Shown here piece after piece: positions 8,434-16,133 of a stretch of 32,000 nt of DNA. The position numbers and the translations under genes were made by a program. The notes under the pieces are model-generated. The model did no database searches. It was not told where the DNA came from and was given only the letters and a program-made list of their open reading frames with translations. This DNA comes from Candidatus Saccharimonadota bacterium. Its GTDB lineage: Bacteria; Patescibacteriota; Microgenomatia; UBA1406; GWC2-37-13. The DNA lies in the NCBI GenBank assembly GCA_001790095.1, contig MGBH01000001.1, forward strand, positions 1,170,001 through 1,202,000. Direction: 5' to 3'. Every line of letters begins with the position of its first letter. Within the stretch, counting starts at the first letter, position 1.

Positions 8434-9432
8434 ATGCCAAATCCTAGGATGGATATGAAAAAAACAGCGCAGGCTCCATCCAATATCGCATTCGTAAAAT
8501 ACTGGGGTAAAAAAGATGAAAAATTACGTCTTCCGGCCAATGCAAACATTTCGATGAATTTGAGCAATCTCAATACTGTTACCACAGTGGAGTTTGATCC
8601 TTCATTAAAGACAGATGCAGTCTCTATTACAGACAATCAGGAGGAAAAGGCGATATCAAAAGTTGTACGTCACCTTGATAGGATACGAAACGTTGCTCAT
8701 ATAAGTCTTTATGCAAAAGTGATATCGCGCAATAACTTTCCTTCATCAACAGGACTTTCATCATCAGCCTCAAGCTTTGCAGCGCTTACTCTTGCTGCTT
8801 CTTGTTCTGCAGGATTGTCTCTTAATGAAAAAGAACTTTCCATTATGGCGCGTTTAGGTTCGGGATCCGCATGTCGGTCAATACCTGATGGGTTTACAGA
8901 ATGGTTGGAAGGAGAGGATACAAACAGTTCTTATGCAGTATCTCTTTTGCCCGCAAGTCACTTTGATATAGTTGATATAGTTGCGATTGTAAGCAATGAA
9001 AAGAAAGAGATTCCAACGACCGAAGGTCATGCTCTGGCCCAAACAAGTCCTTTTTACCAGACAAGATTAACACATATAAAGAGTAAAATTATACAGTGTA
9101 AGAAGTTTTTACACAAAAAAAACTTCACAGCACTTGGAGAACTTATCGAAAAAGAAGCTCTTGAGATGCATGCGATTATGATCACCTCATCTCCACCCCT
9201 CATCTATTGGCTTCCAACAACAGTCTCTCTTATGAAGCAGGTGCAAACATGGAGAAAAACGGGACTCGAATGTTATTTCACTATAAATACCGGTCAGGAT
9301 ATTCACATCATCTGTCGCTCAAAAGATAAAGAACGAGTGAAGGAGAAATTACAGAGTATTAAAGAAGTTAAAAGAATAATTGTCAATATTGCATCTAAGG
9401 GAGCCCATCTTATCAGCGATCATCTATTCTAA
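8434..9432 (+). CDS. Diphosphomevalonate decarboxylase family protein (atypical active site)
   Basis: APSNIAFVKYWGKKD, STGLSSSASSFAAL and ARLGSGSACRSI match MVD-family motifs. The ATG at 8434 follows the mvk stop by 1 nt (ATGs at 8449 and 8455 are also possible). The position of the classical catalytic Asp reads Asn (see findings). Confidence 0.8.
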   Translation: MPNPRMDMKKTAQAPSNIAFVKYWGKKDEKLRLPANANISMNLSNLNTVTTVEFDPSLKTDAVSITDNQEEKAISKVVRHLDRIRNVAHISLYAKVISRNNFPSSTGLSSSASSFAALTLAASCSAGLSLNEKELSIMARLGSGSACRSIPDGFTEWLEGEDTNSSYAVSLLPASHFDIVDIVAIVSNEKKEIPTTEGHALAQTSPFYQTRLTHIKSKIIQCKKFLHKKNFTALGELIEKEALEMHAIMITSSPPLIYWLPTTVSLMKQVQTWRKTGLECYFTINTGQDIHIICRSKDKERVKEKLQSIKEVKRIIVNIASKGAHLISDHLF

Positions 9433-9801
9433 TTATGGCGCGGGGGTGATTTGAGGTAATGTAATTTTAAAATCTTTACCAATGCCAAATTTTCCTCCAA
9501 GCACCGTTCCCATCACGAATGAAAAGATGGTAAAAGCAACCACAATCATAAGAAGTCCAATGACCGCATTCATCATTTTACTTTGAGCTTTTTGCAGTTT
9601 TTCTTTTTGACCTTCAGACATGATCCAGTCAAACGCTCCCCATAAAAGATAGATGAGGGTGGCGATCCCCCCGACAAATAAAGATATCTGAATAAAAAAG
9701 GTGATGAGATTACCTACTCCCTGGACCGGATCATTACCGACAAAGCTGCTGCCAGGCGGGGCATTGACTGTGCCAAAGATCTGTCTAACATCGTTATTCA
9801 T
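9433..9801 (-). CDS. TrbC/VirB2-like (type IV secretion pilin-like) small membrane protein
   Basis: 122 aa with two hydrophobic helices flanking LLWGAFDWIMSEGQKEKLQKAQSKM. This is the helix-loop-helix pattern I associate with the TrbC/VirB2-like pilins that are common in CPR genomes. The family call is from memory. Confidence 0.5.
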   Translation of the reverse strand: MNNDVRQIFGTVNAPPGSSFVGNDPVQGVGNLITFFIQISLFVGGIATLIYLLWGAFDWIMSEGQKEKLQKAQSKMMNAVIGLLMIVVAFTIFSFVMGTVLGGKFGIGKDFKITLPQITPAP

Positions 9802-10094
9802 ATAATCATCTCAATATTAAATACATATCCTAATAATTTTACAATAAGATAACTGCACAATACAATCACAAGTCCTATTGCGGCTGATGTCAGGATGCCT
9901 TGTGCTTTTTTCATGTTTTCAGGAGTTCCACCGCTTGTTATCCAAGTGAAAGCGCCTATAACAAGCATCACCAGAAAGACAAGGCCAGCTCCAACCATCA
10001 GAATTGGCGTAAGGACATTTATAATGGAACCAAGATTTGAGATGCCTGCAATAGGATTGACCGTCTTATCTGCGAAGTTAATAGCATATACCAT
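9798..10094 (-). CDS. TrbC/VirB2-like small membrane protein (paralogue of 9433-9801)
   Basis: 98 aa with the same architecture: ...LVMLVIGAFTWITSGGTPENMKKAQGILTSAAIGLVIVL.... It overlaps the downstream paralogue by 4 nt (ATGA). Confidence 0.5.
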   Translation of the reverse strand: MVYAINFADKTVNPIAGISNLGSIINVLTPILMVGAGLVFLVMLVIGAFTWITSGGTPENMKKAQGILTSAAIGLVIVLCSYLIVKLLGYVFNIEMII

Positions 10095-10168
10095 ATGTTA
10101 ACTATATAGAACAGGTATTTTCATGTCAAGAGAGCAGTCTTGCTAAAAGAATTGCTATAATATAAGTT

Positions 10169-10867
10169 ATGGAAAATTCACATGTACCCTTTCATGTTGC
10201 AATAATCCCTGATGGAAATAGAAGATGGGCGAGGGAGCACGGACTACCTACCTTTGAAGGGCATAGAAGAGGATTTGAAAATATCATGAAAGTAAGCAGA
10301 AGAGCGCGTGAGATGGGAGTTCACATATTCACCATCTGGGGTTTTTCAACTGAAAACTGGAAACGTACGGTTGAGGAAGTAGGATATCTTATGAAGTTGT
10401 ATGAACAAATTATTGATACCCAATTAAAAGTAGCTCTAAAGGAGAAAACGCGAATTATTCACATGGGAAGAAAAAATAGAATCCCGAAAACTCTACTTAA
10501 TAAGATCGTAAACGCCGAAGAAAAGACAAAGCATTTTAATGAATATTATTATGCAGTAGCACTTGACTATGGAGGGCGTGATGAGATTCTTCGGGCTGTA
10601 AGCCAACTCTCAAATGTTAAATCTGATAAATTAGTTTTGAAGGAAGAGGATATTTCTCGGTTTTTGGATACAAAAAATCTTCCACAACCAGACCCTGATC
10701 TTATAATTAGAACAAGCGGTGAAGAACGGATGAGTGGATTTATGTTGTGGCAATCTGCATATGCAGAATATATGTTTGTAAAAAAACACTGCCCTGATTT
10801 CAAAGTCGCGGATTTTGAAGAATGTATAAAAGAATATAAGCTTCGGAAACGAAGATTTGGCAAATAA
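10169..10867 (+). CDS. uppS: Undecaprenyl (isoprenyl) diphosphate synthase, cis-prenyltransferase
   Basis: HVAIIPDGNRRWA motif. FSTENWKR. IRTSGEERMSGFMLWQSAYAEY. Length is 232 aa. Confidence 0.92.
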   Translation: MENSHVPFHVAIIPDGNRRWAREHGLPTFEGHRRGFENIMKVSRRAREMGVHIFTIWGFSTENWKRTVEEVGYLMKLYEQIIDTQLKVALKEKTRIIHMGRKNRIPKTLLNKIVNAEEKTKHFNEYYYAVALDYGGRDEILRAVSQLSNVKSDKLVLKEEDISRFLDTKNLPQPDPDLIIRTSGEERMSGFMLWQSAYAEYMFVKKHCPDFKVADFEECIKEYKLRKRRFGK

Positions 10868-10886
10868 CAGATAGGTCTCCTGTATA

Positions 10887-11945
10887 ATGAAAAAAGACAT
10901 GTTTAATCCAGTTTTTAACATAACAAATAAAACTTTAAATCATATAGCGAAGATTGAGGCAGCCGAGGAAGTAATACGTCATTCGCCTCTTCTTCCCCTT
11001 TGGGAAAAGCAATTCAAGGAAGATGCAATCGTTCGTTCGGCCTATCACGGGACTCATATTGAAGGAAACATGTTGCGTCAGGATGAAGCAAAAGATGTGT
11101 TGTTGGGTAAAGATGTTTTGGGAAGACCACGAGACATACAGGAAATCATCAATTATCGAAAAGTGATTGAGTTTATTGATGATGAGGCTCATAAAAAAAT
11201 CGACAAAATCACTGAGCAACTTATACAAAAACTTCATAGGATCATTACGACCAAAATCCTTACCGCCGAACAAACGGGGGAGTATAGGCTTAAACAAGTA
11301 GTTATTCGCAATTCTGCAACAGGAGAGGTTACATTTAAACCACCCGCTCCCATGGAAGTACCATTTTTAATGCGGGAATTTATTTATTGGATCAATAACA
11401 AAACAGATAGTAGCGATATCCATCCAGTCCTGCGTGCTGGTATAGCTCATCATGAGTTGGTACGCATCCACCCCTTTATCGATGGTAATGGAAGGGTTGC
11501 GCGAGTGCTTGCTACCCTCATGCTTCTTTTGGGAGGGTATGATATCAGGCGTTTTTTTTCTCTTGAAGAGCACTATGACAAAGACGCTGTTGTGTATTAT
11601 GAGAACCTAGGTAAAGCAACTACAGGCGACCTTACTGCGTGGCTTGAATATTTTACCTATGGGGCATCAATTGAGTTTTCCAAGACAAAAGACAAGATAC
11701 TTAAGCTTTCAAAAGATGTCAAACTAAAAGAAAAGATGGGTGGTCAGCAGATTTTCTTGACGGAGCGCCAGATTAAAATAGTTGAATATATTCAAGAAGT
11801 GGGCTATCTTCAAAACAAATCCTTTAGCAGTCTTTTTACCGACATATCAGAAGATTCTGTGCTTAGAGATGTTCAGGATCTGATTAAGAAAGGCATCTTG
11901 AAAAAAGTGGGAAGCACAAAATCTGCTCGTTATGTAAGCGTTTAA
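10887..11945 (+). CDS. Fic family protein (probable AMPylase) with C-terminal winged-helix domain
   Basis: Canonical Fic motif HPFIDGNGRVARVL. N-terminal THIEGN inhibitory-helix-like segment. The C-terminal portion, about 90 aa (QIKIVEYIQEVGYLQNKSF...KKGILKKVG), looks like a wHTH. Confidence 0.85.
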   Translation: MKKDMFNPVFNITNKTLNHIAKIEAAEEVIRHSPLLPLWEKQFKEDAIVRSAYHGTHIEGNMLRQDEAKDVLLGKDVLGRPRDIQEIINYRKVIEFIDDEAHKKIDKITEQLIQKLHRIITTKILTAEQTGEYRLKQVVIRNSATGEVTFKPPAPMEVPFLMREFIYWINNKTDSSDIHPVLRAGIAHHELVRIHPFIDGNGRVARVLATLMLLLGGYDIRRFFSLEEHYDKDAVVYYENLGKATTGDLTAWLEYFTYGASIEFSKTKDKILKLSKDVKLKEKMGGQQIFLTERQIKIVEYIQEVGYLQNKSFSSLFTDISEDSVLRDVQDLIKKGILKKVGSTKSARYVSV

Positions 11946-11946
11946 A

Positions 11947-13413
11947 TCATCTTCTTCTCATCAGACGAATTCCTCCATATAGAAAAACTACCAAGGGAAG
12001 GAAAAAAATATTGAGATATCTCATCATTTCTTTTTGACTATCAGACATGTCAGGAAGAGGATAGAAATTGAACGAGCGAGAACGGATACCTGAAAGAGCC
12101 CCTTCTGAGGCGTAATTATTTACAATGTTAAAAATAAAATCAATGTTTCCTGTATCTTTGCTTAAATACCGTCCATCAAGGAAGCGGGATGATGGGATAA
12201 GTAATACGTGACCGTTATCACTTGTTTTGATCTGAACAGCAAGTATATGGTTTTTTAGTTTGGATGCGTTTGGTTCTTCTATCTGTTGAGGTAGAAGCTT
12301 AAATGTATCTTTTTGCTCCCATGATGTGTTTGAAGATAAAACAAGCGTTTGAATATTTTTATTATTTTTTTTATTTAGTGTAATGGAAGAGGTCCAGGGA
12401 TAGGTAGTTTGTCTTACGTTTCCTGTATATTCGTTGTATTGATTTAAATTAAAATTATTTGTTTTGACCCAAAACGGATAAGGAGTAAGGAATTGATAAA
12501 GGTTATTACCAAAATTGACGTACTCTGCAGATGTGGAAAGAATAAGGTTTTTCTGCAAAGTAACTCCCCATTCGTTAAAGAGTGAAAATAGATTATGACC
12601 GGCATCTTCAGTGGTTAAGTCATCTTTAACCCATACACCGTCAACAAAAAAAATCATGTTCCCCCCCTTTTTTATATATTTTTTTATTTTTTCAACTTCA
12701 TCAGTTGTGTATTGCTCCTTGTTTGCGTTGGTGAGAATTACTGTTTTATACGAGTTGTCAATATAACTCTCTGTTTCTGTTGCGAGATTAAGAGGAGTAA
12801 TCTCATATTGTTGAGACAAAATTCCTTTGAAAAAACCATAGGGATCTTCTTGAGGATTTGCGGATATATTATCCATTCCAATTGTTGCGACTTTCCCCAG
12901 TTCTTTTTGAGTAAGGCGATATATGTTGGATGTTATATTATATTCCAAGCTTGTCAGATCAGTTACCTGCGGGAGAGCTTCACTTTTTTCACCGAAAAAT
13001 AGGCCCATTGCAAAATATGCAGTTGCAAGCTGATACTTATCTTTCTCAAGTTGAGAGAATTGGAGCTCAGGTATTTGTAGTGATTTAATCTCATCAAGTG
13101 TCGATTCATCCTTTTTGGGATCAACGACCTTGATGATGACTTTGTTGTTACTTTCTTTTTTATACTCATTCAATAGGTCAATCACCTCTGTTTTTAAGGG
13201 AAGTAGTCGGGATGGAAGATTGGAAGATACATAGAACTTCATGTTTACTACATCATTAAGCGATCTCAATATTTTCTTTGTTGATGGGGAAAGTGTGTAT
13301 GCTTTGTCTCTTGAGAAATCAATTTTTATGGAGAATATACTTACAAGAAGGTTGGTAGTGATAAGAAGGGCAAGGGAGATTGCGACAATGACCGGTTTAT
13401 CAAACTTTTTCAT
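11947..13413 (-). CDS. GldG-like ABC-transporter auxiliary protein
   Basis: 488 aa with an N-terminal TM (PVIVAISLALLITTNLLVSIF), a C-terminal TM (LNIFFLPLVVFLYGGI) and a large extracytoplasmic middle. It lies immediately downstream of the ABC-2 permease and ATPase, which is the classic gldA-gldF-gldG order. Confidence 0.65.
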   Translation of the reverse strand: MKKFDKPVIVAISLALLITTNLLVSIFSIKIDFSRDKAYTLSPSTKKILRSLNDVVNMKFYVSSNLPSRLLPLKTEVIDLLNEYKKESNNKVIIKVVDPKKDESTLDEIKSLQIPELQFSQLEKDKYQLATAYFAMGLFFGEKSEALPQVTDLTSLEYNITSNIYRLTQKELGKVATIGMDNISANPQEDPYGFFKGILSQQYEITPLNLATETESYIDNSYKTVILTNANKEQYTTDEVEKIKKYIKKGGNMIFFVDGVWVKDDLTTEDAGHNLFSLFNEWGVTLQKNLILSTSAEYVNFGNNLYQFLTPYPFWVKTNNFNLNQYNEYTGNVRQTTYPWTSSITLNKKNNKNIQTLVLSSNTSWEQKDTFKLLPQQIEEPNASKLKNHILAVQIKTSDNGHVLLIPSSRFLDGRYLSKDTGNIDFIFNIVNNYASEGALSGIRSRSFNFYPLPDMSDSQKEMMRYLNIFFLPLVVFLYGGIRLMRRR

Positions 13414-13415
13414 AT

Positions 13416-14126
13416 CTAGTCTCTTTTTTCCAAATGAACAACTGTTAAAAACACAAAAAGGAATGTAATGCTTAGAAAAAAGTAAACGGAGCGCAGATCT
13501 ACAATACCTTTTATAAAATTTTGAAAATGATAGATGGGGCTAAAATAAATGAGTATGTCTTGCACCATCTTAGGAAGAAGGGACGATATGAGTTCTGTTG
13601 ATATTCCAAGCAGTATAAAAAGGGTAAACGCTGATGCAAGAAAACTGATGATTTGATTTTTGGTCAGAACAGAAAAATACATTGATACAGAGATAAATGA
13701 AGATGCTAAAAAGAGACAGCCTAGATAACCAATAAGTATCTCAGGTATATAGAGACGAGCAAGAAAAGAAAAAGAAACGGGGAGAGAGAAAGTTAAAAGC
13801 AGACTTGCGAGGACGAGGATAAAATATGAAGCAAATTTTGCAATGACGATTTGAGACTCAGTGAGGGGAAGGGTAAGGAGGACTTCAATGGTATTTTGCT
13901 TTTTTTCCTCTGCAAAGGATCTCATGACAACGGCTGGGATGAAAACAAGGAAAAGCCATGGAATAATTGAAAAAAAGGGCCTTAAAGATGCTGATCCAAC
14001 CACAAATACATCTTTCATAAAGAGAAAATTTGCAAACACGGCAAACAAAATAATGACAATATAACCAAGGACGTTATTTACATAATAATTTAGTTCTTTT
14101 CTAAACAAAGTTAACATTGGTTTCAT
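13416..14126 (-). CDS. ABC-2 type permease (GldF-like)
   Basis: About six TM helices. I prefer the start at the ATG at 14126 (MKPMLTLFRKEL...), 19 nt after the ATPase stop. The track ORF extends to 14177 and would overlap the ATPase gene. Confidence 0.7.
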   Translation of the reverse strand: MKPMLTLFRKELNYYVNNVLGYIVIILFAVFANFLFMKDVFVVGSASLRPFFSIIPWLFLVFIPAVVMRSFAEEKKQNTIEVLLTLPLTESQIVIAKFASYFILVLASLLLTFSLPVSFSFLARLYIPEILIGYLGCLFLASSFISVSMYFSVLTKNQIISFLASAFTLFILLGISTELISSLLPKMVQDILIYFSPIYHFQNFIKGIVDLRSVYFFLSITFLFVFLTVVHLEKRD

Positions 14127-14145
14127 ATTCAAAATATTATATTTA

Positions 14146-14823
14146 TTAGCTGACAACCTTTTTAAACAACTTATCAATTGAACCTTTATTCTTCGGCTTT
14201 ATTCCATCAAAGACTTTTTTTCCTTTATGGATAATGATGACTTTGTGTGCGATTTCTTCGATTTCAGAGAGAATATGTGTTGAAAAGATAATACATTTTT
14301 GCCTAGAAAGCTTTTTAATCAAATCACGAATTTTTTCCTGCTCAATTGGGTCAAGCCCAGAGGTAGGTTCATCTAAGATAAGGATATCAGGATTTCCGCA
14401 AAGTGCACTAGCAAGTCCCACTCTCTGTTTAAAACCGCGAGAAAGTTCTTCGATCTTTACGTTTTTTACTTCCTCAAGTCCTGTCATGTTGAGAATTTGT
14501 TCAGGATGTTTTTCATGTTTTAGCGAAGAAATAAACGAAATATATTCATTCACTTTCATGTCTTGGTAGAGCGGATTATTTTCAGGAAGGTATCCTACAG
14601 TCTTTAGTACCTTTATTCTGTCTTCAATAGGGTTGTATCCGTTTACTCTAACTGTTCCGGAACTTGGGGTGAGATATCCGAGGATAAGCCGCATGGTGGT
14701 TGTTTTTCCTGCTCCGTTTGGTCCTAAAAAGCCTACAATTTCGCCTCTTTTTGCCTCAAATGTTACGTCATTGAGGGCTACTTTATTGTTAAATCTTTTG
14801 GTTATCTTATGAAGAGAAATCAT
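14146..14823 (-). CDS. ABC transporter ATP-binding protein (GldA-like)
   Basis: Walker A GPNGAGKTTT. Signature LSRGFKQRVGLA. Walker B ILILDEPTSGLD. H-loop STHIL. Confidence 0.9.
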   Translation of the reverse strand: MISLHKITKRFNNKVALNDVTFEAKRGEIVGFLGPNGAGKTTTMRLILGYLTPSSGTVRVNGYNPIEDRIKVLKTVGYLPENNPLYQDMKVNEYISFISSLKHEKHPEQILNMTGLEEVKNVKIEELSRGFKQRVGLASALCGNPDILILDEPTSGLDPIEQEKIRDLIKKLSRQKCIIFSTHILSEIEEIAHKVIIIHKGKKVFDGIKPKNKGSIDKLFKKVVS

Positions 14824-14849
14824 AAATACAAGTTATAACATATCGTTCC

Positions 14850-16103
14850 TTAATTGGCAAATGAACATCCTTCTCCTCGGCAGTACTTTGCTTTGCATTC
14901 TGCTCGTTGATCTTGAGAGAGGAACTCATACCAGAAATTAATTGTTTTGATGAAGGTTGGATTTTTTTGACATGACTGGCATCGAATTCCTCCACTGGGG
15001 ATACATTGGGAAAATCCGTATTGATAACTACAGGAAAACTCAACGAAGTCTTTTGGATTAGCTGACCCAACGACAAACAAACATTGCATTTGTGTACATA
15101 TGTCTGAAGGTTTTCCTCGCAATGTCGTCCATGATCCGTTGGCATTTCTCAGATAATCACATCCAAACTGAGTTGCTTTTGTTGCTCCCCCCGCAGCAGA
15201 TTCCTCAATCCACAGCGATATGACGAAAAGCGGATTAAAGTTATATTGTTTTGCCTTTTCTTGAACAAGCTCCCAATGATCAAGAAGCTTAGTGGATGTG
15301 AAATAGGTAGGATAAAATGTCCTCATTTTCTCATATGCTTTTTTGATGACTGTTTCATCGACAGTACAGTTTGGATTACGATAGGGGATGGAGTAGTTCT
15401 TTGTCCCTGTGAAGTCAAATATTTGATTATTTGTACGAGGGGTGTCTAGGTAGGGGTTGGGATAATGAATATTATATTCGGCTAGCTTTTCATCAAGTTC
15501 ACGGCAGTCAGACGGGGGCGGCGGAGTCGGTTCCCCGGTCGTTGTCATCACCGGCGGACGGATCATAAGACCAAACAAGGTAAACAGATCGGTAAGACCT
15601 TGTTCAGGGCTCTTGGTGACATAGGGAGTCTGTACTTCCTCCATGGTCTTATCCGAGATGATGGTGGTCTTGATATTGTCTACAAGGCGAGGATATCCTT
15701 GAGTCTTTGCCCACTTAGCAAATGAGGCATCAGCCTGAGGAGTCTTCCGGGTGACAACAAGCTTAGAGAGGTTGGGAGCATAGTCAAGGATAAAGTCCTC
15801 TTCTTCAAGAGGAAGAGAGAGGGAAGATTGTACTTCCTTCAGTGTTTGTTGTGCTTCCTGTTCTGTTTTCTGTTCTGCCTCTTTCCTTGCCTTCTGTTCT
15901 CTATCCTCCTCTACAAAAGAGGAGTTAGAAGAAGAGGAGGAAGAGAGAGATGAGGAGTATCTCTTATCTACTTGTACAGCTGTTGGAAAGGGAGAGGTTA
16001 TCGAGGAGGACTCAGGCTTACTCTTTAGTAAAGATTGAATAAAAAATATACCTATCACAAGGATAAAGAGTATGGAAAGTGCAATGACAAGGTATTTTTT
16101 CAT
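14850..16103 (-). CDS. Secreted or membrane-anchored modular protein with a Cys-rich C-terminal domain (possible lysozyme/transglycosylase-like fold)
   Basis: N-terminal signal/anchor KKYLVIALSILFILVIGIFFI. Poly-Ser tract SSSLSSSSSSNSS. Charged EQKARKEAEQKTEQEAQQ segment. Pro-rich linker TTGEPTPPPPSD. The C-terminal ~210 aa hold 13 Cys and the segment NPLFVISLWIEESAAGG. The functional assignment is speculative. Confidence 0.55.
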   Translation of the reverse strand: MKKYLVIALSILFILVIGIFFIQSLLKSKPESSSITSPFPTAVQVDKRYSSSLSSSSSSNSSFVEEDREQKARKEAEQKTEQEAQQTLKEVQSSLSLPLEEEDFILDYAPNLSKLVVTRKTPQADASFAKWAKTQGYPRLVDNIKTTIISDKTMEEVQTPYVTKSPEQGLTDLFTLFGLMIRPPVMTTTGEPTPPPPSDCRELDEKLAEYNIHYPNPYLDTPRTNNQIFDFTGTKNYSIPYRNPNCTVDETVIKKAYEKMRTFYPTYFTSTKLLDHWELVQEKAKQYNFNPLFVISLWIEESAAGGATKATQFGCDYLRNANGSWTTLRGKPSDICTQMQCLFVVGSANPKDFVEFSCSYQYGFSQCIPSGGIRCQSCQKNPTFIKTINFWYEFLSQDQRAECKAKYCRGEGCSFAN

Positions 16104-16133
16104 CCTTTTTTCATTATAGAGGAAGCCGCTATC

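Noticed and set aside
15480-15560. A sharply GC-rich patch (gacgggggcggcggagtcggttccccggtcg...) in an otherwise AT-rich window. I considered a foreign insertion or a structured RNA.
   Set aside because: It lies in frame inside the 14850-16103 CDS and encodes a Pro/Thr/Gly linker (RPPVMTTTGEPTPPPPSD). Amino-acid composition explains the GC spike.
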